This document shows positions 47,034 through 57,349 of a stretch of DNA of 64,000 nt, one piece after another; within the stretch, counting starts at the first letter, position 1, and each line of letters begins with the position of its first letter. The position numbers were made by a program, and so were the translations under genes. The stretch covers positions 1,056,001 to 1,120,000 of the forward strand of contig OZ243913.1 in assembly GCA_965213705.1 (NCBI GenBank), written 5' to 3'. The notes below the pieces were generated by a model. The model was not told where the DNA came from. It did no database searches and saw nothing but the letters and a program-made list of their open reading frames with translations. The stretch comes from Trueperaceae bacterium. GTDB lineage: Bacteria; Deinococcota; Deinococci; Deinococcales; Trueperaceae.

Positions 47034-49121
47034 TCACGCGACGTCGGCGAAGGTTTTGTCCTCCTCGGCAAGGCGTTTCAACAGCGGCGCAGCTTGCCAA
47101 TGGTCGCCGTGCCGCTGTTGAAACTCGCGAACGTCCCTGTACACGTCCGCCAGGCCGACCTCGCCCGCGTAGAACATGGGGCCGCCCCGGTAGGCGGGAA
47201 AGCCGTAGCCGTAGACGTAAATCACGTCGATGTCGCTTGAACGCTGCGCCACGCCCTCGTCCAAAACCTGCGCGCCCTCGTTGACGAGTTGGTACAGGAG
47301 GCGTTTGAGGATTTCCTCGTCACTAATGTCGCGGCGTTCGAAGCCTTCCGCTTGAGAGTGCTCGAGGACGAGCGCTTCAATCTCCGGGTCGGGCTGCGGC
47401 GTGCGGTCGTTCGCCGCGTAGCGGTAAAAGCCCGCGCCGCTCTTTTGGCCCAGGCGGCCCATTTCGACCACTTTGTCGGCCAGCCCTGAGTAGCGCTCAC
47501 CAGGGTCGCGCGTGGCGGCGCGGGCTTGCCGGATGCGGTAACCCACGTCGAGGCCGGCCAAGTCGCCCACCGCGAACGGCCCCATCGCCATGCCGAAGTC
47601 CGTCATCACCCGGTCGACTTGTTGGGGCAGCGCGCCCTCCTCGACCAGAAAGAAAGCCTCGCGCACGTAAGGGTGCAACATCCGGTTGCCCACGAAACCG
47701 TCGCACACGCCGACGACCACCGGAATTTTGCCGAGCTTTTTGCCCAGCGCGACGGCGGTTAGAAGCGCCTCGTCCGAGGTTTTGTCGCCGCGCACGACTT
47801 CTAAGAGCTTCATGACGTTCGCGGGGCTGAAAAAGTGCATCCCGACGACCGTCTCGGGCCGACGCGTCGCGGCGGCGATGGCGTTCACGTCGAGCGTCGA
47901 GGTGTTGGTTGCCAGCACCGAAGTGTCGTTCACAGCGCCGTCCAAACGTTCGAACACCTCTTTTTTGAGGTTCATGTCCTCGAACACCGCTTCGACGACC
48001 ACGTCGGCGTCGGCGAGTTCACCGACCTCCAACACCCCCTCGATACGCCCTAAGCGTTCCTGCACGGCCTCCTCGGTCAAACGGCCCTTGGCGGCGCTGC
48101 GCCGGTAGTTTTTCTCGATGGTGTTCAACCCTTTGTCCAAGTTCTCCTGGGAGGTCTCGAGCACCTTGACCGGCAGAGAAGCGTCGGCGAAACACATGGC
48201 GATGCCCCCGCCCATCGTGCCCGCACCGACGACGGCACCTTTGGAAATGTTTTTGGGTTTGACGCCCTCGTCGACGTCCGCGACTTTCGCCGCCCGGCGC
48301 TCGGCGAAAAACACGTGGCGCAAGCCCCGAGACTGTTCGCCTTGCAAAAGCTCCATAAACAGTTCGCGCTCGCGTATCATGCCTTTTTCAAAAGGTAGTT
48401 TGGCAGCCGCTTCGACCGCGTCGATACAGCGCAGCGGCGCGACCCTGCCGCGGGCGCGGCGTTCAGCCTGACGCCGCGCCTCGGCCAAAACCTCGTCGAC
48501 GGGCGCGCCGCTGCCGACGGCCCGCTCACTCGTCGGGCGCTTGCCTTTGTCCGCCACACGGCGCGCGTAGGCGAGCGCGCCCGCTAACAAGTCGCCCTCG
48601 ACAACCTCGTCTACCAAACCCAGCTCGAGCGCCCGACGAGCCTTGACGGGGTTGCCGCCGACGACCAGCTCCACGCCGGCTTCCAAACCGACGAGCCGCG
48701 GCAGCCGCTGCGTGCCGCCCGCGCCGGGCAGCAGGCCCAGTTTCACCTCGGGCGTGCCGAGCCGCGCGCCGGGCGCGGCCACGCGGTAGTCGCAGGCGAG
48801 GGCGACTTCCAAGCCGCCCCCCAGGGCCAGGCCGTGGACCGCGGCAACGACGGGTTTTCCCGACGCCGCCACCCCCGCGACGAGCCCGCGTATGTCGGGG
48901 GCTTGGTCGCGGGGCAGCGTGAACGTCTTGATGTCCGCCCCGGCGATAAAGTTTTCGCCACCGGTAAGCACCAAAGCCCTCACCGCGTCGTCGGCGTTGC
49001 CCTTCTCAATACCCGCCAAAATCCCCTCCGGCACGCCGCGGCTGAGCACGTTCAAGGGCGGGTTGTCGATGGTGACGACGGCGACGTCGCCGTGGACTTT
49101 ATAACGAACCAGGTCTGCCAT
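47034..49121 (-). CDS. Enoyl-CoA hydratase / 3-hydroxyacyl-CoA dehydrogenase multifunctional protein
   Basis: AGADI, GGGLE, PEVKLGLLPGAGGTQRLPR, GAGTMGGG, TNTS, HFFSPA. Confidence 0.93.
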   Translation of the reverse strand: MADLVRYKVHGDVAVVTIDNPPLNVLSRGVPEGILAGIEKGNADDAVRALVLTGGENFIAGADIKTFTLPRDQAPDIRGLVAGVAASGKPVVAAVHGLALGGGLEVALACDYRVAAPGARLGTPEVKLGLLPGAGGTQRLPRLVGLEAGVELVVGGNPVKARRALELGLVDEVVEGDLLAGALAYARRVADKGKRPTSERAVGSGAPVDEVLAEARRQAERRARGRVAPLRCIDAVEAAAKLPFEKGMIRERELFMELLQGEQSRGLRHVFFAERRAAKVADVDEGVKPKNISKGAVVGAGTMGGGIAMCFADASLPVKVLETSQENLDKGLNTIEKNYRRSAAKGRLTEEAVQERLGRIEGVLEVGELADADVVVEAVFEDMNLKKEVFERLDGAVNDTSVLATNTSTLDVNAIAAATRRPETVVGMHFFSPANVMKLLEVVRGDKTSDEALLTAVALGKKLGKIPVVVGVCDGFVGNRMLHPYVREAFFLVEEGALPQQVDRVMTDFGMAMGPFAVGDLAGLDVGYRIRQARAATRDPGERYSGLADKVVEMGRLGQKSGAGFYRYAANDRTPQPDPEIEALVLEHSQAEGFERRDISDEEILKRLLYQLVNEGAQVLDEGVAQRSSDIDVIYVYGYGFPAYRGGPMFYAGEVGLADVYRDVREFQQRHGDHWQAAPLLKRLAEEDKTFADVA

Positions 49122-49198
49122 AGCTTCTCCTTATTGACGGTGATAAAAGAGTTGTTCGCCGTTCGTTATTCGTAAAAACGCCTAAACGAACAACTTTC

Positions 49199-50401
49199 TC
49201 AGTCCATGTGTTTTCTCAGCTCGAGCTTCGCCACGCTTTCCACGTGGACCTCGTCGGGGCCGTCGGCCAAACGTAAAGTCCGGGCGTTGGCCCAGGCGGC
49301 GGCCAAAAAGGTGTCGTTAGAGACGCCCGCGCCGCCGAAAACCTGGATTGCGCGGTCGATGACGCCCAAAGCCATGCTCGGCGCGACGACTTTGATCATC
49401 GAGATTTCGGCGCGAGCCGCCTTGTTGCCCACCGTGTCCATCAGGTGGGCGGCTTGCAGCGTCAAGAGCCGCGCCTGCTCTATTTCGATGCGGGACTTGG
49501 CGATGTCGGCGCGCACTACGCCGTGCTCGGCGACGCGCCGCCCGAAAGTTTCGCGTTGCAGGGCGCGGCGGCACATGGCTTCCAGCGCGCGTTCGGCCTG
49601 CCCAACAAGGCGCATACAGTGGTGGATGCGGCCCGGCCCGAGCCGCCCCTGCGCGATTTCGAAGCCGCGCCCCTCGCCCAAAATCATGTTCGCGGCGGGC
49701 ACGCGCACGTTGTCAAAACTGATTTCGGCGTGCCCGTGCGGCGCGTGGTCGTAACCGAACACGTTCAAAACGCGCTCAATCGTGACGCCCGGCGTGTCGA
49801 GCGGGACCAAAATCATCGACTGCTGTTTGTGTTTGGGCGCGTCGGGGTCGCTCTTGCCCATAAAAATAGCGACTTTGCAGCGCGGGTCGGCCGCGCCCGA
49901 ACTCCACCACTTGCGCCCGTTGAGCACGTAACTGTCGCCGTCGCGGTGGACGCTCGAGCGCACGTTGGTCGCGTCGCTTGAGGCCACGTCCGGCTCGGTC
50001 ATGCAAAAGCATGACCGAATCTCGCCCGCCAGCAGGGGCTCGAGCCACCGCTGTTGCTGCTGGGGTGTGCCGTACCGCGCCAGCACTTCCATGTTGCCCG
50101 TGTCGGGGGCGCTGCAGTTGAAGACCTCGGGCGCCCAGTGAACGCGGCCCATCGTCTCGCAGAGCGGGGCGTATTCCAGGTTCGTCAACCCCGCGCCCCG
50201 CTCGTCGGGTAAGAACAGGTTCCACAATCCCGCCTCGCGCGCTTTGGGTTTGAGGTCTTCGACGAGTTGGACGGGCTGCCAGCGGTCACCGGTCGCGACC
50301 TGGCGCTCGAACTCGGCCTCGTTGGGGTAGACGTGCTCGTTCATAAAAGCGCGCAGGCGCGTTTGTAGGTCGGTCACTTTTACAGACGGTTCGAACTGCA
50401 T
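49199..50401 (-). CDS. Acyl-CoA dehydrogenase (ACAD10/11-like)
   Basis: [52 protein letters not shown]. Confidence 0.92.
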   Translation of the reverse strand: MQFEPSVKVTDLQTRLRAFMNEHVYPNEAEFERQVATGDRWQPVQLVEDLKPKAREAGLWNLFLPDERGAGLTNLEYAPLCETMGRVHWAPEVFNCSAPDTGNMEVLARYGTPQQQQRWLEPLLAGEIRSCFCMTEPDVASSDATNVRSSVHRDGDSYVLNGRKWWSSGAADPRCKVAIFMGKSDPDAPKHKQQSMILVPLDTPGVTIERVLNVFGYDHAPHGHAEISFDNVRVPAANMILGEGRGFEIAQGRLGPGRIHHCMRLVGQAERALEAMCRRALQRETFGRRVAEHGVVRADIAKSRIEIEQARLLTLQAAHLMDTVGNKAARAEISMIKVVAPSMALGVIDRAIQVFGGAGVSNDTFLAAAWANARTLRLADGPDEVHVESVAKLELRKHMD

Positions 50402-50629
50402 AAGCCTCCTCCGGGGTTCAGGCCGGGCCTCGTCCCGGCTCGAACGGGCGCACTCGCTTGTTTGCGCCCCGGCCGGTCCCGCCGAGGAACGGTCCCGCGT
50501 GGCCTAAAGCGTAGCATCAACGGCGCCCGAACGCCGCGCGGCCTCGTCTGAGCCCGGAGCCGGTTCACGGAATCTCGGGCAACAGAGTTTTCTACGGTGG
50601 TTTTGTACAGTGGTTCCGAGGTGGTAAAG

Positions 50630-51955
50630 GTGGCAGACACGCTCCAGCAGCGTCCCGTCCCGAAGACCGATTTGGACAAGCTCGCCGCACGTTCCGACTT
50701 GGGCAGGCTCGCGAGCGCCCTAGAAGACGTCACTGCGGAGGACCTCGAGAGCGCGCTCCGAGCCCTCAAGCGCGACCGCCGCCCTGCCGAGGTTCCACCT
50801 GTCGACGGCGACTTTTACGACGTTTTTGCAACCTTCAGCGAGGACGAGCGGCGCTTGCAGCGCAGCGTGCGGCGCTTTTTTGCCGACCACGTCCGGCCCG
50901 TCATCAACGACTATTGGGACCGCGGCGAGTTTCCCAAAGAGATTATTCCCAAGGTGGCCGCGCTCGTCGAAGAGCTGTACGGCCCCTACCAGCCCGGCAT
51001 GTCCCTGAAGCGCTCGCCCCTGCTGTCGTTCGAACTCGGCTACGGCGACCCGTCCGTGTCGACCTTTTTCGGGGTGCATTGGGGCTTGTGCATGGGCACG
51101 ATTGAACGCTTCGGCTCCGAGAAGCAAAAAGCGAAGTGGCTGCCCGCCCTGTTTCGCTTCGAGAAAATCGGCTCCTGGGCGCTGACGGAGCCCGATCACG
51201 GCTCGGACGCGGCGGGCGGCCTGACGACGACGGCCACGCGTAACGGCGACACCTGGACCCTGAACGGCGCGAAAAAGTGGAGCGGCAACGCGACCTTCGC
51301 CGACGTGAACGTGATTTGGGCCAAGGACACGGCGGACGGTCAAGTCAAGGGATTTTTGCTCGAGCTGGGGACACCCGGTTACCGGGTCGAAAAGCTCGGC
51401 GGCAAAATCGCCAAACGCGCCATCGACAACGTGCTTATCGAACTTGACGGAGTCGAGGTGCCCGAAACTGCGCGCCTGCCCGGCGTGCGCTCGTTCAAAG
51501 ACGTCGCCAAACACTTGGCCGTCGGCCGGGCCGGCGTCGCCTGGGAGGCGGCGGGCATCGCCTTCGCCGCCTACGAGCACACGCTGCGCTACTGCAACGA
51601 GCGCGTTCAGTTCGGCAAGCCCATCACCAGCTTTCAGCTCGTCCAGGGCCAACTCGTGCAGATGCTCGGCAACGTTACCGCGATGTTGGGCGCGTTGCGG
51701 CGCTTGGCTGAACTAGAGGCCCAGGGCGGCTTGACCGCCGAACGGGCCAGCCTAGCCAAGGCCTGGTGTACCCGCACGATGCGCGAAACGGTGTCAATCG
51801 GCCGGGGTCTGATGGGGGGCAACGGGATTTTGCTCGAGCATGACGTCGCCCGCTACTTCGCCGACGCCGAGGCGGTGTACAGCTACGAGGGCAGCCACGA
51901 GATGAACACGCTCATCGTGGGGCGGGCGATTACGGGCATCAGCGCGTTCATTTAG
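50630..51955 (+). CDS. Acyl-CoA dehydrogenase (glutaryl-CoA dehydrogenase / short-chain acyl-CoA oxidase-like)
   Basis: ALTEPDHGSD, LNGAKKW, R.QFGKP..FQL, GGNG, YSYEG; start uncertain (50597-50630). Confidence 0.88.
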   Translation: MADTLQQRPVPKTDLDKLAARSDLGRLASALEDVTAEDLESALRALKRDRRPAEVPPVDGDFYDVFATFSEDERRLQRSVRRFFADHVRPVINDYWDRGEFPKEIIPKVAALVEELYGPYQPGMSLKRSPLLSFELGYGDPSVSTFFGVHWGLCMGTIERFGSEKQKAKWLPALFRFEKIGSWALTEPDHGSDAAGGLTTTATRNGDTWTLNGAKKWSGNATFADVNVIWAKDTADGQVKGFLLELGTPGYRVEKLGGKIAKRAIDNVLIELDGVEVPETARLPGVRSFKDVAKHLAVGRAGVAWEAAGIAFAAYEHTLRYCNERVQFGKPITSFQLVQGQLVQMLGNVTAMLGALRRLAELEAQGGLTAERASLAKAWCTRTMRETVSIGRGLMGGNGILLEHDVARYFADAEAVYSYEGSHEMNTLIVGRAITGISAFI

Positions 51956-51962
51956 GTTCGGC

Positions 51963-52358
51963 ATGTTGCAGCGAAATCTTCACGAGATTTGTCAGACACT
52001 TTTAGACAACGCTGATTTGACTATCTCAATGGATAGCAGCGGTGTGATTCGACTCGAGTTCGTACCTGCAAGCGAAAGGGAAGTTGTGATTTTCCTCTGT
52101 GGACAATTTTCCCGATTCAACTATAGAAAGAATCCTGAAGACACAAATGCTGTATTCGTCGGTGAAACACACGTCGCAGTTAAAGAAAACAAGCGCAGTG
52201 TGGCTGGACTACGGGTTGAGGATGGTTGGTTGGGTTTTAACAGCGAGTCCCTCAAACCTGCTGTCCACGTCGAAATCGAAGGCGGGGCCATGCTCAACAT
52301 TGTTTGTGAAAATTTCTCTTGGCAAGTGGGTGAGGGTGAAGTACAAACTGTTCTTTAA
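51963..52358 (+). CDS. AT-rich hypothetical protein
   Basis: Open 131-aa frame, GC visibly lower than flanks. Confidence 0.6.
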   Translation: MLQRNLHEICQTLLDNADLTISMDSSGVIRLEFVPASEREVVIFLCGQFSRFNYRKNPEDTNAVFVGETHVAVKENKRSVAGLRVEDGWLGFNSESLKPAVHVEIEGGAMLNIVCENFSWQVGEGEVQTVL

Positions 52359-52427
52359 TAGGCGTTGACTCGGTCTCTTTGTTGCTCAAGCCGTCGAGGT
52401 AGCAAAGCCCTACCGACTCGAGCGATG

Positions 52428-53483
52428 TTACGGCAGCCGCGCAGCCCCCGCCGAGGCAAGCTCCGCGACGCGCGCGCCGAAGTCCCGAAAACGCGCGTCC
52501 TGCGTTTGGCCGGAAACGTAGCGGGCGTAAATTTGCTGCAAAATCACGGCGAGTTTGAAAACGCCCAGCAGTTCGTACCAGGTGATTTCCCCAAGGTCGC
52601 GCCCGCTCGTCGCGGCGTAGTGGCTCAAAAACTGCTCGCGGCTGAACCAGCCCTCGTTCGCCCCCGCCGCGCCGAGTTCGGTGCCTTCGTCCGTGAGGGT
52701 GCCGAGCCCCTGCCAGTAGACGAGCGACAGCCCCACGTCTACGAGCGGGTCGCCCACGGTGGTCATTTCCCAATCGAGCACCGCGACGAGTTCGTCGGGG
52801 TTGTCGGTTTGAAGCATCACGTTGTCCAGCTTGTAGTCGTTGTGAACCAGCGTCGGCGCGTTCGGCTCGGGGTAGTTATCGCGCAGGTAGGTGATGATAC
52901 ACTCCAAGTTCGGCAGTTCCGAGGTTTTCGAGCGCTCCCAGCGTTTCGCCCAGCCCTCGACCTGGCGTTCTAAAAAGCCCTCGGGTTTGCCGATGGCGGC
53001 TAAGCCGGTTTCTTCGATGTCGATGCCGTGCAACTCGGCCAAACCGCCCACGAGCGTGCGGCTGACCCGTGCACCGTAGTCGGGCAGCGCCGCTAGTTGG
53101 GGCGGCACCGTGTCGCGCACTATCAAACCGCGCCGCCGCTCCATGAGGTAAAACACCGCGCCGACGACCGATTCGTCCTCGCACAACAGGTAAACCCGCG
53201 GCGCGGGCGGGTAGTGCGGGGCGAGCTTCTCCAGGATGCGGTACTCGCGCGCCATGTCGTGCGCCCTGGGCGCGACCGGGCCTAAAGGTGCGCGGCGCAG
53301 CACCAGTTCGCGCTCGCCCACCCGGAGCAAATAGGTCAGGTTCGAGTGGCCGCGTGGGAACTGCTCGAGCGCAATTCCCTCCTCGGCCCCCGCCACCTTG
53401 CCGGTCAGGTAGGTTTGCAAGGCGTCCAAATCGAAACTTTCGCCGGGGCGCACCGGGGCGGTGTCCTGTGCGAGGTCGCCCAT
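52428..53483 (-). CDS. APH-family phosphotransferase (ACAD10/11 kinase / LvaA-like)
   Basis: GHSNLTY, VLRR.P, AHDM.RE, HNDYKLDN, LDWE. Confidence 0.9.
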   Translation of the reverse strand: MGDLAQDTAPVRPGESFDLDALQTYLTGKVAGAEEGIALEQFPRGHSNLTYLLRVGERELVLRRAPLGPVAPRAHDMAREYRILEKLAPHYPPAPRVYLLCEDESVVGAVFYLMERRRGLIVRDTVPPQLAALPDYGARVSRTLVGGLAELHGIDIEETGLAAIGKPEGFLERQVEGWAKRWERSKTSELPNLECIITYLRDNYPEPNAPTLVHNDYKLDNVMLQTDNPDELVAVLDWEMTTVGDPLVDVGLSLVYWQGLGTLTDEGTELGAAGANEGWFSREQFLSHYAATSGRDLGEITWYELLGVFKLAVILQQIYARYVSGQTQDARFRDFGARVAELASAGAARLP

Positions 53484-53486
53484 CCT

Positions 53487-54263
53487 CTAAACCGCCGTCA
53501 CGCCGCCGTCGACGGCGACGGTTTGCCCGGTCATAAAGGCCGAGGCGTCCGAAGCTAAGAGCAGCGCCGCGCCCTTCAAGTCTTCCGGCCCGCCGACGCG
53601 GCCCAGGGGCGTGGCGGCCTCTATCAAGTCTTGGGCCGCTTCAAGCGTGCCCCGCGTCATCTTGGTGGGAAAGTAGCCGGGGGCCAGCGCGTTGACACGC
53701 ACGCCGTACTTGGCCCACTCCGCGGCGAGCGCGCGGGTCATGTTGACCACGCCGCCCTTGGAAGCGTTGTAGGCGACAGTCCCCGTCATGGCCGGGTTGT
53801 TGCCCTTCAGGCCCGCCACCGAAGCGACGTTGACAATCGCGCCCCGCCGCTCGGGAATCATCGCAGCTTTGGCGACGGCCTGGCTGAGCAGAAAAGTGCC
53901 GGTCAAGTTGAGACTGATAACCTTGTGCCAAGCTTCCAATGGGTGCTCTTCGGCGGGCGCGCCCCAGGTGGCACCGGCGTTGTTCACCAAAACGTCGACG
54001 CGGCCCCAGGTTGCCATGACCTCGTCGACGAACGCGCTGATACTCCGGGGCTCCGAGAGGTCGGCGGCGACGCTTTTGACCTCGGTTCCGAAGGTTCTCA
54101 GGTGGGCCTCGGCTTTTTCTAAAGCCTCTTGCTTGCGCGCGACGATGACTAAGCGCGCGCCCTGCTCGGCGTAGGCTTCGGCGATTTGCAGGCCCAAACC
54201 CCTCGAGCCCCCCGTGACGACCGCGACGCGGCCCGTTAGGTCGAACAAGTCTTTGACGCTCAC
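53487..54263 (-). CDS. SDR oxidoreductase
   Basis: TGGSRGLG, NNAG, YNASK, PGYFPT. Confidence 0.93.
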   Translation of the reverse strand: MSVKDLFDLTGRVAVVTGGSRGLGLQIAEAYAEQGARLVIVARKQEALEKAEAHLRTFGTEVKSVAADLSEPRSISAFVDEVMATWGRVDVLVNNAGATWGAPAEEHPLEAWHKVISLNLTGTFLLSQAVAKAAMIPERRGAIVNVASVAGLKGNNPAMTGTVAYNASKGGVVNMTRALAAEWAKYGVRVNALAPGYFPTKMTRGTLEAAQDLIEAATPLGRVGGPEDLKGAALLLASDASAFMTGQTVAVDGGVTAV

Positions 54264-54461
54264 AAACAGCCTCCCGAATCAAACCCAAACAAATGCGCGT
54301 TCGTAAAACTATACCGCGCGCCACGCGTCGGGTTTGCAGGAGCGCTGGGCGCAGTTCGGCTTTGCAACCGTCGCCCTACTCGGCCGGAGCGCAGCTGTGA
54401 CACAATAAGGTTCACCACGCTATAGAGAGTTTTCCCGCAGAAACAGTTTAAGGAGGCACCG

Positions 54462-56042
54462 ATGATTTACCGCAGCCCGTTTCCCGACGTGACGATTCCC
54501 GAACAGCCGCTGACCGAGTTCGTTTTGCAGCGCGCCGCCGAACTCGGCGCCAAGCCCGCCTTTGTCGACGGCCCCAGCGGGCGCGAACTGACGTACGCCG
54601 GTCTCGCCCACGCGGTCGAGCGGGTGGCGGCGGCCCTGAGCGAGCGCGGGTTCGCCAAGGGGGACACGTTCGCCGTCTACAGTCCGAACATTCCCGAGTT
54701 TACGGTCATCTTTTTGGCGGTGGCGCGGCTGGGCGGGATTATCACGACCGTCAACCCGCTTTACACCCACCACGAACTCACCCACCAGTTGGAGGACGCT
54801 CGAGCGAGTTACCTCATCACCGTGCCGGCTTTTTTAGAAAACGCGCTCACGAGCGCCGCGGCCGCCGGCCTCAAAGAGGTCTTCGTCTTCGGTGAGGCCG
54901 AAGGCGCGACGCCCTACGCATCTCTGTTGCAAAGCGAGGGCGACGCGCCCGAAGTTCACATCGACCCCAAAAAAGACATCGTCGTGCTGCCCTACTCTTC
55001 GGGTACCACCGGCCTGCCCAAAGGCGTGATGCTGACGCACTACAACCTGGTTGCCAACCTCAAGCAAATAGAAGGGGTGCAGGCCCAAACCGAAAACCCG
55101 ATAGACGAAGACAGCGTGGTGATGGGCCTGCTGCCCTTTTATCACATCTACGGCATGGTGGTCATCATGGGCTACGCGCTCTACAAGGGCGCGACCGTGG
55201 TGACCATGCCCAAGTTCGACCTGGAAAGTTTTCTGGGGCTCATCCAGCAACACCGGGTCACCTACGCCAACGTCGTGCCGCCCATCGTGTTGGCGCTCGC
55301 CAAACACCCGCTGGTCGACCAGTACGACTTGTCCACCTTGACCGGCATGATGTCGGGGGCCGCGCCCTTGGGCGGCGAGGTGGCCGGGGCCGCCGCCGAG
55401 CGTCTGGGTTGCGAGGTGACGCAGGGCTACGGCATGACCGAACTGAGCCCGGTCAGTCACTTCAACCCCGACCCGAACGCGAAAATCGACCGTTCCAAGG
55501 TCGGTCCGGCGATTCCGAACACCGAATGCCGCGTGGTCGGTGTCGAAACCGGTGATGACGTGTCCGCGGGCGAAACGGGCGAGCTGCTCGTGCGCGGCCC
55601 GCAGGTGATGAAGGGCTACCTGAACAACCCCGCGGCCACCGCCGCCACCATCGACGCCGAAGGTTGGTTGCACACCGGCGACATCGCGGTGGTGGACGAG
55701 CGCGGTTACTTCGCGGTGGTCGACCGCGTCAAAGAACTCATCAAGTACAAAGGCTTTCAGGTCGCCCCGGCGGAACTGGAGGAAGTCTTGCTGGCCCACC
55801 CCAGCATCAGCGACGCCGCCGTTATCGGCGTACCCGACGAGGAGGCGGGCGAGGTGCCGAAAGCGTTCGTCGTAAAAAGCGCCGACGTGTCCGCAGACGA
55901 CGTCAGAGCGTTCGTCGCCGAGCGCGTCGCGCCTTTTAAGAAGTTGCGGGCGCTCGAGTTCGTCGACTCCATCCCCAAGTCGGCCTCGGGTAAAATCCTG
56001 CGGCGCGTCCTCGTCGACCGGGAGCGCGCGGCGCAAACGTAA
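54462..56042 (+). CDS. 4-coumarate-CoA ligase-like acyl-CoA synthetase
   Basis: YSSGTTGLPKG, QGYGMTE, GWLHTGD, DRVKELIKYKG, SGKILRR. Confidence 0.93.
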   Translation: MIYRSPFPDVTIPEQPLTEFVLQRAAELGAKPAFVDGPSGRELTYAGLAHAVERVAAALSERGFAKGDTFAVYSPNIPEFTVIFLAVARLGGIITTVNPLYTHHELTHQLEDARASYLITVPAFLENALTSAAAAGLKEVFVFGEAEGATPYASLLQSEGDAPEVHIDPKKDIVVLPYSSGTTGLPKGVMLTHYNLVANLKQIEGVQAQTENPIDEDSVVMGLLPFYHIYGMVVIMGYALYKGATVVTMPKFDLESFLGLIQQHRVTYANVVPPIVLALAKHPLVDQYDLSTLTGMMSGAAPLGGEVAGAAAERLGCEVTQGYGMTELSPVSHFNPDPNAKIDRSKVGPAIPNTECRVVGVETGDDVSAGETGELLVRGPQVMKGYLNNPAATAATIDAEGWLHTGDIAVVDERGYFAVVDRVKELIKYKGFQVAPAELEEVLLAHPSISDAAVIGVPDEEAGEVPKAFVVKSADVSADDVRAFVAERVAPFKKLRALEFVDSIPKSASGKILRRVLVDRERAAQT

Positions 56043-56186
56043 ACGCCGGTCCCGGCTCGGAGACTACGCCGACGTCAACCACGCTGGTATTCGTGTTGGG
56101 TGAAGGTATGCGGACGGCGTAACTGGTGAGCCGAAGCGAGGGTACACCGCTCGAGGTCGCCCCGAAAGCCCAACGACCGGCCGCAG

Positions 56187-57230
56187 TCAGGAGCGCCGAA
56201 CCAACTCCCGCAGCCGCTCGAAAACGTCCAGGTCTTGCTGCTTGAGCGTGTACAGAACGTCGATAAACACCCAGTTCTCGGCGAGTCTGTCACCGTCTCG
56301 CCGGTAAATGTCGACCACGCGCATGTCGATAGGCGTGTTCGTCGCGGGTAAACCCATGTAGCCGCCGCCGCTGACGGTCATGCTCAAGCTCGGCCAGCCG
56401 ACCCAACCGCCGTACGCGCCTTCGGTCAGGCGCGCCTTGTGGCCCTTGTGCTCGCGGGTGCTGTAGAGGCTGCGCCGAAACGGCACTTGGTGCTGCCGTT
56501 TGAACCCGCCGATGCTCAGGGTCGAGCCGACGCCGCTGGGGCCGTACCAGACCATGTCCTCGTGCCAGGTTTCGGCGAGTTTGGCGGGGTCCATGTCGAC
56601 GTCTCGGTGTTCGCCCAAGTCTCGAGCCATGCGCTCGATGAGTTCTAACGTTTTAGCCGATTCAGCCGCGTCTTGCGGTGTCAAAACAATCCCGTCGTGC
56701 GTCCGGGGGCCGGGGACGATAATTTCCGCGCCGGTCTGCATGGGCAGGGGGTCCACGCCCGCCTGCTTCATCACGCCGATGAGGTCGGCCAAAAAGTAAG
56801 TTTCGCCGATGCGCCCGTCGCGTATTTCATGAAACTCGCAGTAGCGCAAAAACGCCATTCGGCCCGTGGCGGGAATGCTAAGCCAGGAGTGTTCGAACAT
56901 CCCCAAAAAGTGCCCCATGCTCACCACCCAGTCGCCGCCGAACACCGACGTGCCCGCCATGAACACGTCTGGACGGCGCTGCACATGCTCCCAGGAACTC
57001 AAGAACGGCCGGTAAAACGTGTCCACGACCGCGTCGGCCCCGCGCTGGTCTTCAAACGGATAGACGCCATGCCAGCGGTAGTCGCTCGTCGTGTAGCTGC
57101 TGACAGTCTTGCTCAAGGTGCTGAGGGAGCCACGCTCGAGGTCTTGTTGATACGCCAGGACGAAGGCCTTGTTGGCTTGGTGGGTTTGGGTGTCACCCTG
57201 ACGAAAAGTGTTGTCGAAGGGGTTGGACAT
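56187..57230 (-). CDS. Tandem SnoaL/NTF2-like (ester cyclase) protein
   Basis: Two repeats ending ..IPATGR..LRYCEF and W.GPSGVG..PATN..MRVVDIYRRDGDRLAENWVFID. Confidence 0.85.
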   Translation of the reverse strand: MSNPFDNTFRQGDTQTHQANKAFVLAYQQDLERGSLSTLSKTVSSYTTSDYRWHGVYPFEDQRGADAVVDTFYRPFLSSWEHVQRRPDVFMAGTSVFGGDWVVSMGHFLGMFEHSWLSIPATGRMAFLRYCEFHEIRDGRIGETYFLADLIGVMKQAGVDPLPMQTGAEIIVPGPRTHDGIVLTPQDAAESAKTLELIERMARDLGEHRDVDMDPAKLAETWHEDMVWYGPSGVGSTLSIGGFKRQHQVPFRRSLYSTREHKGHKARLTEGAYGGWVGWPSLSMTVSGGGYMGLPATNTPIDMRVVDIYRRDGDRLAENWVFIDVLYTLKQQDLDVFERLRELVRRS

Positions 57231-57349
57231 GGAAACTCCCGGACTTGAATCGTCTAAGTATCGACCAATTATCGTCTATTTTTAGGCGATTCGGCCCTCG
57301 ACTCAGTTTGTTTACACCTACACACCCGTTCTTCGGGTGGCTGACTCGT

